This document shows positions 1 to 8,700 of a stretch of DNA of 43,502 bases, piece by piece (position 1 is the first letter of the stretch; each line of letters begins with the position of its first letter). The DNA comes from Eubacteriales bacterium. GTDB taxonomy: Bacteria > Bacillota > Clostridia > Oscillospirales > CAG-272. The translations under genes and the position numbers were made by a program. The notes under the pieces were generated by a model. That model saw only the letters and a program-made list of their open reading frames with translations, had not been told where the DNA came from and searched no databases. The DNA lies in NCBI GenBank assembly GCA_045129415.1, contig JBGVJM010000050.1, positions 1 to 43,502 on the forward strand. The letters are read 5' to 3'.

Positions 1-483
1 GACGTGACTTTCCGAAAGACGCATACTGAACGCTATATCCGTAACGCTCATTGAATACCAATACCTGCGCATAAATATAATACGGGTTCTGGCATCAAGA
101 CCTTCAAGGAAGGAGTTGATCGCCTGCTTCAGAGCCAATTCGTCATCGATGGGCATCTCTCCGTTTGGAACACACTCCCAGTATTCGTCAATGGCGCTTT
201 CAACCTCTGCAACGCGCTTTTGAGCGCTGTCATATCGGTATCGGTCTATCGCGATGTTTCGGGTAATGCGTGCGAGAAAACCTCGTAATTTAGTAGGCTT
301 TTCGGGCGGAATGGCATTCCATGCGCCCATCCAGGTATCGTTCACACATTCTTCGGAGTCTTCACGAGAGCGAAGAATATTGTATGCGACAGTGTAGCAG
401 TATTTGCCGTATTTTGCCTCGGTTTCCCGAATTGCGGCTTCATTGCGATTCCAATATAGCATAACGATTTTTTCGTCTTCCAT
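1..483 (-). CDS. RNA polymerase sigma-70 family (ECF-like) sigma factor. The N-terminus is present and the C-terminus runs off the window edge.
   Basis: I translated the minus strand by hand from the ATG at 483: MEDEKIVMLYWNRNEAAIRETEAKYGKYCYTVAYNILRSREDSEECVNDTWMGAWNAIPPEKP...RTRIIFMRRYWYSMSVTDIAFSMRLSESHV. It has a region-2-like and a region-4 HTH-like segment. A GGAGG SD sits upstream (AAGGAGGTGACTAT-ATG). The frame is open to position 1. Confidence 0.8.
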   Translation of the reverse strand, partial: MEDEKIVMLYWNRNEAAIRETEAKYGKYCYTVAYNILRSREDSEECVNDTWMGAWNAIPPEKPTKLRGFLARITRNIAIDRYRYDSAQKRVAEVESAIDEYWECVPNGEMPIDDELALKQAINSFLEGLDARTRIIFMRRYWYSMSVTDIAFSMRLSESHV

Positions 484-586
484 ATAGTCACCTCCTTACA
501 CAGTTCATAAAGGCCTTTCACCCATATAGTCGTAAATCAAAAGCAAAATCTTACAAATTGAAGAAAAATTTTTACTTTGTGACAAT

Positions 587-615
587 ATTATACCATATTT
601 TCTCTAATATGTAAA
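587..615 (-). promoter_or_regulatory. Putative sigma-A type promoter for the sigma-factor gene (TTTACA-N17-TATAAT with TGn extension)
   Basis: On the minus strand the -35 TTTACA is at 615-610, the spacer is 17 nt, and the -10 TATAAT is at 592-587, preceded by TGG. Confidence 0.45.
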
Positions 616-708
616 ATCAATATAATGTGGGCATGCAAAGCCCTTGTGTTTTTTATTTGTTTGTGCTATAATAGAAACATAAAACGGTGCCCAAACCGGG
701 AGGTAACT

Positions 709-1506
709 ATGCAATTCAAGGATTTTGAAATTATTGATTTTCACACACATCCGTTTTCATGCGAAAAAAATAATATTTGCGCTCACGCCAAAAATTGCGA
801 TATGAGCATAGAACAGACCGTAAAAATGTACGACCGACTCGGCGTTTCTAAGTTTTGTGGCTCGGTATTGACGCTTGCGGCAAAGCGCGAGCAGGGAAAG
901 AGCCAATGGGAGCAAATATTGGAGGACAATCAAACCGCCCTTGAGCTTCAAAGGGCTTACGGTGACCGCTATATTCCCGGTTTTCACGTTCACCCCGACT
1001 ACGTTGACGAGTCTATCGAGGAGATGCACAAAATGGCAGAGGCGGGTATCAAGCTCGTTGGCGAGATATGCCCTTATCTATACGGCTGGAACGACTATTC
1101 CTCGGAAGGCTTTTCGCGTATTCTTGACGAAGCCGAGAAGCTCGGTATGATAGTCAGTATTCACTCTATGGGTGAGGACGAGATGGACAAAATGGTCAAG
1201 GCGCATCCGGGAGCAACAATCGTGGCGGCACACCCGGGCGAATTTGGCTCGTTTATGCGCCATATTGAACGCGCAAAATGGAGCGAGAACTATTATCTCG
1301 ACCTTTCGGGCTACGGACTTTTCCGCCACGGCATGCTGCGCCGCGCTATTGACGAGATGGGCGCTGACCGAATTCTTTTCGGCTCGGATTATCCCACCTG
1401 CAATCCTTCAATGTATATTGGCGGCGTGCTGCTTGACGAGTTGATAAGTGATGAGGAAAAAGAGCTTATCTTCTCGGGAAACGCAAAAAGATTGCTTGGT
1501 ATTTGA
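709..1506 (+). CDS. Amidohydrolase-family metal-dependent hydrolase (TIM-barrel)
   Basis: Taken from ORF 625..1506. I chose the ATG at 709 because GGGAGG lies 5 nt upstream. The N-terminus reads MQFKDFEIIDFHTHPF (HxH metal motif). Later motifs are VAAHPG and FGSDYP. Confidence 0.75.
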   Translation: MQFKDFEIIDFHTHPFSCEKNNICAHAKNCDMSIEQTVKMYDRLGVSKFCGSVLTLAAKREQGKSQWEQILEDNQTALELQRAYGDRYIPGFHVHPDYVDESIEEMHKMAEAGIKLVGEICPYLYGWNDYSSEGFSRILDEAEKLGMIVSIHSMGEDEMDKMVKAHPGATIVAAHPGEFGSFMRHIERAKWSENYYLDLSGYGLFRHGMLRRAIDEMGADRILFGSDYPTCNPSMYIGGVLLDELISDEEKELIFSGNAKRLLGI

Positions 1507-1510
1507 AAAT

Positions 1511-1540
1511 AAAAAAGGGTGCTTTTGCACCCTTTTCTTT
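1511..1540. terminator. Bidirectional intrinsic terminator between convergent genes
   Basis: AAGGGTGC-TTTT-GCACCCTT hairpin (1515-1534), flanked by an A-run on one side and a T-run on the other. Confidence 0.7.
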
Positions 1541-1548
1541 TATGTTGA

Positions 1549-2916
1549 TTATTCTTCTGTGATGTTTCTTGCAACGAAAACGCCGCTTGCGGACGCGTGT
1601 GAAAGCGAGTGCGTTATGCCGCTTCCGTCACCGATAATGTAGAGTCTCTTGTGGCGCGACTCGAGCTTTTCGTTGACCGCAACCTCCATGTTGTAGAACT
1701 TGACCTCAACGCCGTAAAGCAAGGTGTCCTCATTTGCAGTTCCTGGAGCTACGTTGTCAAGCGCATAGATCATCTCAATTATGCCGTCAAGTATTCTCTT
1801 GGGAAGCACAAGGCTGAGGTCTCCGGGAGTTGCCTTGAGGGTAGGAGTAATGAAGGACTCGTCAATGCGGCTCTGGGTTGAACGTCTGCCGCGGATAAGG
1901 TCGCCAAAGCGCTGAACGATAACGCCGCCGCCAAGCATGTTGCTGAGACGGGCGATAGACTCACCGTAACCGTTGGAGTCCTTGAAGGGCTCGGAGAAGT
2001 GCTTTGCAACGAGAAGTGCAAAGTTGGTGTTCTGTGTTTGCTTTGCGGGGTCCTCGTAGCTGTGACCGTTAACGGTGATAATACCGTTGGTATTCTCGTT
2101 AACAACTGCGCCGCGGGGATTCATGCAGAAGGTGCGAACGCGGTCGCCGTAGGTTTCGGTTCTATATACTATCTTGCTCTCGTAAAGCTCGTCGGTGATG
2201 TGTGCGAAAACGTCGGCAGGAAGCTCAACGCGAACGCCGATATCAACGCGCGAGGACTCGGTGGGAATGTCGAGATCGCGACAAACGCTTTCCATCCATT
2301 TGCTTCCGCTTCTACCAACGGAGATGACACACTTTTCGCAGGTGTATTTTCCACCCTTTACCGTTACCTCATAGCCGCCGTCAACGATGGATACCTTGTC
2401 AACGGGAGTGTTGAAGAAGAAGGAAACCTTATCCTTAAGATATGCGTAAATATTTTCAAGCACGACGTAGTTTATATCGGTACCAAGGTGACGCACGGAA
2501 GCGTCAAGCAGGTGAAGGTCGTGCTGGATGCACTGCGTTCTGAAGGACGTTCCCGCGGTGGAGTAGAGCTTAGTGCCTTCGCCGCCGAACTGCATATTGA
2601 TTCCGTCCACGTAGCGCATAAGCTCAAGCGCCGTATCCTTGCCGATATACTCGTGCAGAGTTCCGCCGAAATCGTTGGTTATATTATATTTTCCGTCCGA
2701 AAAAGCGCCTGCGCCGCCAAATCCACTCATGATAGAGCAGGTCTTGCAGTTGATACAGGATTTGATCTTCTTGCCGTCAATGGGACAGCGACGGCGAGCA
2801 AGCTCGTTGCCCGATTCGAATACGGCGACCTTGAGCTCGGGCTTGTTTTTTACAAGCTCGTATGCGGAAAAAATACCGCCTGGGCCCGCGCCGATAATAA
2901 TTACGTCAAAATTCAT
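1549..2916 (-). CDS. FAD/NAD(P)-dependent oxidoreductase (COG2509-like uncharacterized dehydrogenase)
   Basis: Taken from ORF 1549..2949. The ATG at 2916 is preceded by GGGGAGG. The N-terminus MNFDVIIIGAGPGGIFSAYEL is a Rossmann GxGxxG dinucleotide fold. The C-terminus contains IIGDGSG. Confidence 0.8.
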   Translation of the reverse strand: MNFDVIIIGAGPGGIFSAYELVKNKPELKVAVFESGNELARRRCPIDGKKIKSCINCKTCSIMSGFGGAGAFSDGKYNITNDFGGTLHEYIGKDTALELMRYVDGINMQFGGEGTKLYSTAGTSFRTQCIQHDLHLLDASVRHLGTDINYVVLENIYAYLKDKVSFFFNTPVDKVSIVDGGYEVTVKGGKYTCEKCVISVGRSGSKWMESVCRDLDIPTESSRVDIGVRVELPADVFAHITDELYESKIVYRTETYGDRVRTFCMNPRGAVVNENTNGIITVNGHSYEDPAKQTQNTNFALLVAKHFSEPFKDSNGYGESIARLSNMLGGGVIVQRFGDLIRGRRSTQSRIDESFITPTLKATPGDLSLVLPKRILDGIIEMIYALDNVAPGTANEDTLLYGVEVKFYNMEVAVNEKLESRHKRLYIIGDGSGITHSLSHASASGVFVARNITEE

Positions 2917-2954
2917 ATATGATCCTCCCCAAGAGTTCATTTGTGCCACCCCAC

Positions 2955-2983
2955 ATTATACCATAAATTTATGCGTTTGTCAA
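2955..2983 (-). promoter_or_regulatory. Exact consensus sigma-A promoter TTGACA-N17-TATAAT (TGn extended) for the oxidoreductase gene
   Basis: The minus strand reads TTGACAaacgcataaatttatggTATAAT. The -35 is at 2983-2978 and the -10 at 2960-2955. Confidence 0.6.
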
Positions 2984-3099
2984 CGGTGCAAAAAGTTAAA
3001 TTCAACTGATGCTCGGAGCAAAAACTTGACTATAATAAGTAGGAAACCGCGCATTTTCGCGCAAATTTACAAATAATTTGCAAAAAATGTTAAATTTTG

Positions 3100-3128
3100 T
3101 TGAAAAAGAGATTTTAGTGTGATATAAT
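3100..3128 (+). promoter_or_regulatory. Putative promoter TTGAAA-N17-TATAAT (TGn extended)
   Basis: TTGAAA is at 3100-3105, the spacer is 17 nt, and TATAAT is at 3123-3128, preceded by TGA. Confidence 0.5.
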
Positions 3129-3166
3129 TATATCAATGTAAGTTCAATAGTTGAGGAATGGGGAAA

Positions 3167-3748
3167 ATGAAAGAAAAAATTCAAAAGGATTATACCAACA
3201 AGGTAATAACCATCCCGAATATCCTGTCCTTTTTCAGACTATGCCTTATCCCTGTCATAGTCTGGCTTTACTGTGTCAAAAAAGAGTATTTTTGGACTAT
3301 CATCGTGTACGGCTTTTCGAGTCTTACTGACATAGTGGACGGCATAATAGCGAGAAAATTCAATATGATAAGCACCTTCGGTAAGGTGTTTGACCCCGTC
3401 GCCGATAAGCTCACGCAAATGGCGATTATAATTTGCCTGGCTATCCATTTCGGGTGGTACATGCTTATCCCGCTTGCCATATTCGTGGTAAAAGAGGTGG
3501 GAATGAACGTTGTCGGACTCGTTGCCGCAAAAAAGACGGGCAAGATAAAGGGTGCTATGTGGCACGGAAAGCTCAACACCGTTTTGTTCTTCGTGATTAT
3601 GGTGGTACACCTTTTGTGGTACAACATGCCTCCCGTGGTTTCTTATGTTTTTGTGAGCATCAGCGTAACCATGATGCTGATCTCGGCAACGATATATACC
3701 GTTGATTACGTCAACATGTTAAAAGAGGCAAAGAATGCCGAAAAATAA
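3167..3748 (+). CDS. CDP-alcohol phosphatidyltransferase (PgsA-like phosphatidylglycerophosphate synthase family)
   Basis: It carries the CDP-OH transferase signature D-x2-DG-x2-AR-x8-G-x3-D-x3-D in TDIVDGIIARKFNMISTFGKVFDPVADK and is multi-TM. The ORF track starts at 3158. I prefer ATG 3167 on SD spacing, though 3158 remains possible. Confidence 0.8.
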   Translation: MKEKIQKDYTNKVITIPNILSFFRLCLIPVIVWLYCVKKEYFWTIIVYGFSSLTDIVDGIIARKFNMISTFGKVFDPVADKLTQMAIIICLAIHFGWYMLIPLAIFVVKEVGMNVVGLVAAKKTGKIKGAMWHGKLNTVLFFVIMVVHLLWYNMPPVVSYVFVSISVTMMLISATIYTVDYVNMLKEAKNAEK

Positions 3749-3752
3749 AAAA

Positions 3753-3772
3753 AGAGCAACTGCGGTTGCTCT
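3753..3772. terminator. Bidirectional intrinsic terminator
   Basis: AGAGCAAC-TGCG-GTTGCTCT hairpin, flanked by an A-run and a T-run, between convergent genes. Confidence 0.7.
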
Positions 3773-3788
3773 TTTATTTTGTTTTGTT

Positions 3789-4538
3789 TTATTTTGAGAG
3801 AGTGAGTATGGCTTCAAAGCATACCTCGTCACAGCCGTTTCTGGCTTGCACCGTTATGCTTCCGTCTTCGTTCACGGGGCTTCTGTAAACGGTCAGTGTA
3901 TCTCCGAGAACCGCTTCCTTAAGATATGAAAGCGAAAGGGAAGAGACCGTGCTCGGTCTTTCGGTGTCCGTCATTTCCGAAAGAAAATCGCATATCATAT
4001 CGGGATAGTGGGTGTTGTTCATGTGCATGTTGTAATCTATATCGGAATAGACCACGCGCCGCGTACCGACTCTCTCAAGCCGTGTGTCCTTTGTAATGCG
4101 CGCCTTTTTGGGTAGATCATCGGCAGCTATGGGCTCGTCGTAATAAAAATGAGTATGCATAGCGTCGTCGGGGGACGTGCGAACAAGAGCTTTTTGCTCA
4201 ACGTTCACCAGCACCCACGTGCTTGCCGCCCGCGCCACCGTTTTGCCGTTTCTTGATATCTCAAAGTAGCGGTTAAAAATGTAGCCTCGCGCGGGCTTAC
4301 ACCACGTGCGCACCTCTATTTCGTCATAGGCGTGAAGCGGAGCGTCGATGCGCAGAGAAAGCGCGCCGAGAATAAAGCCGAGACCGCGTTCGTCGCGCAG
4401 TTTATCAAGCGGAAGACCGCTTGCCTCACACTGTACGTTTGCCGTTTCCTGCATATATTCAACTATTTTGGAGGGACGCACGTTGCGGTTGGCATCGGTA
4501 TCGTGCCAACGAACCGTGTAATTTTTCGTAAATTTCAT
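3789..4538 (-). CDS. Acyl-ACP thioesterase
   Basis: The sequence MKFTKNYTVRWHDTDANRNVRPSKIVEYMQETANVQ...YSDIDYNMHMNNTHY shows the double hot-dog pattern typical of FatA/B-like bacterial thioesterases. I chose the ATG at 4538. The upstream GTG at 4559 lies inside a hairpin. Confidence 0.8.
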   Translation of the reverse strand: MKFTKNYTVRWHDTDANRNVRPSKIVEYMQETANVQCEASGLPLDKLRDERGLGFILGALSLRIDAPLHAYDEIEVRTWCKPARGYIFNRYFEISRNGKTVARAASTWVLVNVEQKALVRTSPDDAMHTHFYYDEPIAADDLPKKARITKDTRLERVGTRRVVYSDIDYNMHMNNTHYPDMICDFLSEMTDTERPSTVSSLSLSYLKEAVLGDTLTVYRSPVNEDGSITVQARNGCDEVCFEAILTLSK

Positions 4539-4539
4539 A

Positions 4540-4579
4540 TTATTCAAACAACGGGACACTCAAATAGAAGTGTCCCGTT
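4540..4579 (-). terminator. Intrinsic terminator-like hairpin downstream of fba, abutting the thioesterase start codon
   Basis: An 11-bp perfect stem AACGGGACACT / AGTGTCCCGTT (4550-4560 / 4569-4579) is followed on the minus strand by TTGTTTGAATAAT and then the ATG at 4538. Confidence 0.55.
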
Positions 4580-4598
4580 CTCCATATTGGATTTTTTA

Positions 4599-5558
4599 TC
4601 AAAGTGTATTAGCAGAGCCGAGAACGTTAACGATCTTGTGCTTAACCATTTCCTTGACCTCTGCGCGAGCTACGGAGAGGTAGCCTCTGGGGTCAAATAC
4701 GGAGGGCTCGTTTGCGAATACGCGGCGGATACCTGCGGTCATAGCAACGCGGATATCGGAGTCGATGTTGATCTTACAAACTGCCATAGAAGCTGCTTTG
4801 CGGAGCTGCTCCTCGGGGATGCCGACTGCATCGGGCATCTTACCGCCGAGAGAGTTGATCTCGGCAACGAGGTCCTGGGGAACGCTGGATGCACCGTGCA
4901 GAACGATGGGGAAGCCGGGAAGTCTCTTTTCTATCTCCTCAAGAATATCAAAGCGAAGCGGAGGGGGAACGAGAATACCCTTCTCGTTTCTGGTGCACTG
5001 CTTGGGAGTGAACTTGTAAGCTCCGTGAGAGGTACCGATGGAGATAGCGAGGGAATCAACGCCCGTACGGGTAACGAAATCCTCAACCTCCTCGGGACGG
5101 GTGTATGAAGAATGCTCTGCAACAACGTCGTCCTCAACGCCTGCAAGCACACCGAGCTCACCCTCAACAACTACGCCGCGCGCGTGAGCGTACTCGACTA
5201 CCTTCTTGGTGAGAGCAATGTTGTCCTCGTATGCGTGGTGAGAGCCGTCGATCATAACGGAGGTAAAGCCGCCGTCGATACAAGCCTTGCAGATCTCAAA
5301 ATCTGCGCCGTGGTCAAGGTGGAGAGCGAGGTCAACGCCGCTGTCCTTTACTGCCGCGTTAGCGAGAGCGAGAAGGTACTCGTGCTTTGCGTACTTACGT
5401 GCGCCCGCGGATACCTGAAGGATAACGGGGGACTTTGTTTCCTCAGCCGCCTCGGTGATAGCCTGGATTATTTCCATGTTGTTGATGTTGAAAGCACCGA
5501 TAGCGTAGCCGCCTTCGTATGCCTTTTTGAACATTTCCTTTGTTGTTACAAGAGCCAT
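4599..5558 (-). CDS. fba: Class II fructose-1,6-bisphosphate aldolase
   Basis: The 319-aa product reads MALVTTKEMFKKAYEGGYAIGAFNINNME...LHLDHG...HGASS, which are class II FBA/tagatose-bisphosphate aldolase motifs. Confidence 0.93.
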   Translation of the reverse strand: MALVTTKEMFKKAYEGGYAIGAFNINNMEIIQAITEAAEETKSPVILQVSAGARKYAKHEYLLALANAAVKDSGVDLALHLDHGADFEICKACIDGGFTSVMIDGSHHAYEDNIALTKKVVEYAHARGVVVEGELGVLAGVEDDVVAEHSSYTRPEEVEDFVTRTGVDSLAISIGTSHGAYKFTPKQCTRNEKGILVPPPLRFDILEEIEKRLPGFPIVLHGASSVPQDLVAEINSLGGKMPDAVGIPEEQLRKAASMAVCKINIDSDIRVAMTAGIRRVFANEPSVFDPRGYLSVARAEVKEMVKHKIVNVLGSANTL

Positions 5559-5618
5559 TGTTTTTGCCTTTCTTACCGCAAAAAGCGGATTTTTGTCATT
5601 TTTGTTTTACCAACCAAT

Positions 5619-5647
5619 ATTTTAACACATTATGTCCGTAAAATCAA
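5619..5647 (-). promoter_or_regulatory. Putative fba promoter TTGATT-N17-TAAAAT (TGn extended)
   Basis: The minus strand reads TTGATTttacggacataatgtgtTAAAAT. Confidence 0.45.
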
Positions 5648-5700
5648 GGGAATTTTCAAAAAAATAAAGGGTTTTTGTATTGGTTTCCTCTCCCACTCAA

Positions 5701-5735
5701 AGAAAAACCGCACTCTCAAGGGTGAGAATGCGGTT
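5701..5735 (-). terminator. Intrinsic terminator after the GDPD gene
   Basis: A 12-bp stem (5706-5717 / 5724-5735) has one position that pairs as G-U only on the minus-strand RNA. It is followed by a T-run on the minus strand. Confidence 0.6.
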
Positions 5736-5748
5736 GCTTCTTATAAAA

Positions 5749-6579
5749 TTATTTGTCGCGGTCCTCAAAAATGGGGATCTCGCCAAGAGAGTGTGCCTTG
5801 TCAAGCTCAGCCTTGCCGCGCGTTGTCCATACAAACGACGGAGCCTTGTAAAGCTTTGCTGAAAGCTTTACGGGCAACGAATTGCGGTCAAGCTTGTTGT
5901 AAGCGATAAAATCGGGCGTTGCCAGGAAGTTAAGCGCCATAAGGCTGATTATGATATTAAGTGCCGAGTGGCTCTTTTTATCTCTGCAAACGTTGGTGTA
6001 AAGCTGACCTCTGAAGGTGTCGGGAAGATATTTCTTTATCTCCTTTATAAGCAGGGGATTGAAGGATTCAACACAAAATTCGCCTTTGTATTCAAGGAGA
6101 ATATCCGCAACCTTCTTGCAAAGAGATACGTCAAAGCTTTCGCCCTTAAGCTCAACGAGAAGGGGAACTCTGCCGTCCACGAGCTTAAGCACGTCCACAA
6201 AGGTGGGGATGGTCTGATCTGTGCCTGAAAGCGAGATCTTTGTAAGCTCCTGTGCGGTAAGCTCGCAAAGCTTTTTATCAACTCCCGTCACGCGATTGAG
6301 AGTATCGTCATGGAAAACCATAACGACGCCGTCGCGTGACAGCTGAACGTCAAGCTCTATTCCAAAGCCACCTTGGCATGCAAGCTCAAATGCCTGCATG
6401 GAGTTTTCGGGAACGCCGTTTCCGTGGAGACCTCTGTGCGCGTAATCGCGAAGAAGGAAGGAGGAGGGCTTTATTTTCTTGCCGGGGCGCACGAGAAAAA
6501 GCGCGTACACAAGGAAAAGCAGTGCGGCTATGCCGAAAATTATTCCGATTATCAAAAGTATTATTTCAATAGGTCCCAT
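5749..6579 (-). CDS. Membrane-anchored glycerophosphodiester phosphodiesterase (GDPD family)
   Basis: An N-terminal TM (IILLIIGIIFGIAALLFLVYALFLV) is followed by AHRGLHG..PENSMQAF, ELDVQLSRDGVVMVFHDDTLNR and LLVELK. Confidence 0.85.
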   Translation of the reverse strand: MGPIEIILLIIGIIFGIAALLFLVYALFLVRPGKKIKPSSFLLRDYAHRGLHGNGVPENSMQAFELACQGGFGIELDVQLSRDGVVMVFHDDTLNRVTGVDKKLCELTAQELTKISLSGTDQTIPTFVDVLKLVDGRVPLLVELKGESFDVSLCKKVADILLEYKGEFCVESFNPLLIKEIKKYLPDTFRGQLYTNVCRDKKSHSALNIIISLMALNFLATPDFIAYNKLDRNSLPVKLSAKLYKAPSFVWTTRGKAELDKAHSLGEIPIFEDRDK

Positions 6580-6580
6580 A

Positions 6581-8077
6581 TCAATCGTCTACGTCAAGGC
6601 TCTCAAGAGCGCTCTTTTTCTGAACGGGCTTTGCATCTCCGTGCTTAACGAAGAACATGGTTACAAAGGAGAGCGCTACGAATACCGTTCCAAAGGAGAA
6701 GAACATTGATCTCATGCCGAATGCATCGTAAAGAACACCGGAGAGAATGGGAGCAACTATCTGAGCCGCCATGGAAGCAGTGTAATAGTAGCCCGTATAT
6801 TTTCCAACCTCGCCGCCCTTTGCAAGCTCAACGACCATGGGGAAGGAGTTTACGTTTATGGTAGCCCAGCCTATTCCCGCGAGAATAAATACGGGATACA
6901 TAAGTATTTCGGGAGTGTCGAAGTTTATAAAGTTTCCGATAAAGAATGCGGAGGCAAGAAGAATTATACCCGTAAGAATGGTCTTTTTTCTTCCTATCTT
7001 GGATGCTATCATACCAACGGGAATGTAAGCAATGATAGCAGCCGCCTGAGCGATGATAAGTGTGAAGTTGAAGTCAAAGAAGAGGACGTTGGTAGCATAA
7101 ACGGAGTATTTGCTTGTTATGGAGTTATATCCGATGTACCAAAGAGCTACGGAAGCGAGAATGAGAATGAGGGAAGCGAATTCACCCTTTGAAAGCTTTC
7201 TCTTTTCTCCGCTATCCTCAACCACGGGCTCTTCAAGACCGAGACGCTTGGTGTCGTCCTCCATCTCCTGCGCCCACTTGCGCTCTCTTACGGTTGCGAG
7301 GAACACGCAAAGTCCGGTTATCATTATAGCGCAAACAGCAACAACGTATCCCGTATACTGCATGTATTTGTTGCCGGAGGTGTTGAATACCATACCGAGA
7401 ACGAGAACGAGAATACCGCCTGCGGTACCCATAAGGTTGATTATAGCGTTACCCTTGGAGCGAAGGGGCTTTACGGTAACGTCGGGCATGAGTGCAACTG
7501 CGGGGGAACGGAAGGTTGCCATGGAGATAAGAACGAGAAGGAGAACGCCAATGAAGGAGATAACGGGCCAGATGTTGCCGAGTGTTATATTCATGGTGTC
7601 AAGTCTTATCTGCTCTATGGTTGCGTTTATTGCATCAATGGACTGTTGAGCTGCGAGAACTGCAGATTGGTCGCCTGCCTTACCTGCCGCCTGGAGAGCC
7701 GCATTTGCTTCCTTGAGGAGCGCGGCTGCCTCCTGATATCTCTCGGCGATACCTGCGTTAAGAACTGCGCCGAGCTGATAGGTGTCGATAAAGGTGAGAG
7801 AAATAAATGCTATAACTGCCGCAATGGTTCCAACAAATATGAAGGGCGTGCGCTTTCCGAATCTTGTCATAACTTTATCGGAGAGCGCTCCGAAGATGGG
7901 CAGCATAAATACTGCCAATACGTTGTCGATGGACATTACCGCGCCCGAAACGGACTGAGGAAGGCCAAAATGGTTGGTGAGGATAAGCGGGATTATCGCG
8001 TCATAAGCCTGCCAGAAGGCAGAAATGAGAAAGAACGCAAAACCCACAAGTATTGTGCGTTTGTAGTTGAGTTTCAT
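6581..8077 (-). CDS. MFS-type transporter (GPH/SLC45-like) with an Ala/Gln-rich insert
   Basis: The 498-aa product has about 12 hydrophobic segments and the motif GALSDKVMTRFGKRTPF (an MFS loop 2-3 motif). Its stop codon is 1 nt from the GDPD start (TGA-T-ATG). Confidence 0.85.
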   Translation of the reverse strand: MKLNYKRTILVGFAFFLISAFWQAYDAIIPLILTNHFGLPQSVSGAVMSIDNVLAVFMLPIFGALSDKVMTRFGKRTPFIFVGTIAAVIAFISLTFIDTYQLGAVLNAGIAERYQEAAALLKEANAALQAAGKAGDQSAVLAAQQSIDAINATIEQIRLDTMNITLGNIWPVISFIGVLLLVLISMATFRSPAVALMPDVTVKPLRSKGNAIINLMGTAGGILVLVLGMVFNTSGNKYMQYTGYVVAVCAIMITGLCVFLATVRERKWAQEMEDDTKRLGLEEPVVEDSGEKRKLSKGEFASLILILASVALWYIGYNSITSKYSVYATNVLFFDFNFTLIIAQAAAIIAYIPVGMIASKIGRKKTILTGIILLASAFFIGNFINFDTPEILMYPVFILAGIGWATINVNSFPMVVELAKGGEVGKYTGYYYTASMAAQIVAPILSGVLYDAFGMRSMFFSFGTVFVALSFVTMFFVKHGDAKPVQKKSALESLDVDD

Positions 8078-8160
8078 AGAAACATCCTTTCAAATATGTA
8101 TTTGGGTGTCGCTGTTACAAGTATAACACAAAAAAAGGCACTTGTAAAGAAAATTTTTAC

Positions 8161-8181
8161 AAAAAAGCTCCCTTGGGGAGC
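8161..8181 (-). terminator. Intrinsic terminator after mazF
   Basis: GCTCCC-TTG-GGGAGC hairpin (8167-8181) followed on the minus strand by TTTTTT. Confidence 0.65.
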
Positions 8182-8202
8182 GACGTCCTCAAGGGAGGTG
8201 AT

Positions 8203-8568
8203 TTATGCTTGTGCGTTCGGGCCGAGCCCACAGCTTATGGCGATAGCTCCGTTGACCTTGTTCATTGCATCGCCGTCCAGGTGTCCCATCTTTTCCTTGA
8301 GCCTGCGCTTGTCAAGAGTGCGTATCTGCTCAAGCAGAACAACGGAATCCTTGGCAAGACCGACTCCCGTTGCGTTGATATCTATATGAGTCGGAAGCTT
8401 TGCCTTGTCCATTCTTGACGTTATGGCGGCGGCAATGACCGTGGGGCTGTACTTGTTTCCAACGTCGTTTTGAATAATAAGTACGGGGCGCAATCCGCCT
8501 TGCTCGCTGCCGACCACGGGACTGAGATCCGCATAAAAAATATCTCCTCGTTTAATTGTCGGTGTCAT
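8203..8568 (-). CDS. mazF: Type II toxin MazF/EndoA (PemK family endoribonuclease)
   Basis: The 121-aa product [51 protein letters not shown]...LPTHIDI...[17 protein letters not shown] is near-collinear with B. subtilis EndoA (recalled from memory). ATG 8568 is preceded by AGGAAAGGAAAA. The in-frame extension to 8730 in the ORF track looks non-coding. Confidence 0.9.
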   Translation of the reverse strand: MTPTIKRGDIFYADLSPVVGSEQGGLRPVLIIQNDVGNKYSPTVIAAAITSRMDKAKLPTHIDINATGVGLAKDSVVLLEQIRTLDKRRLKEKMGHLDGDAMNKVNGAIAISCGLGPNAQA

Positions 8569-8700
8569 TTTAGGTTTTCCTTTCCTGTTTTTGCATAGCG
8601 CGATGAGGTGCTGCTTATAGTATTGCCGTCGGCAAGACCTTCTTAAACAAAAAAAGAGACGATGCCTCGGCATTTTTATGAAAAAGCGCCGCCCATTAAT

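Noticed and set aside
625-708. ORF-track N-terminal extensions at many genes (625, 2949, 4559, 16319, 17364, 21567, 23026, 24955, 26061, 26839, 34054, 39863, 42444, 42581).
   Set aside because: In each case an internal ATG with a well-spaced GGAGG-type SD yields the family-typical N-terminus. The extensions run through promoters or terminators. The one exception is the acyl-ACP thioesterase (track start 4559): its internal ATG at 4538 has no SD and was chosen because the upstream GTG lies inside the terminator hairpin.
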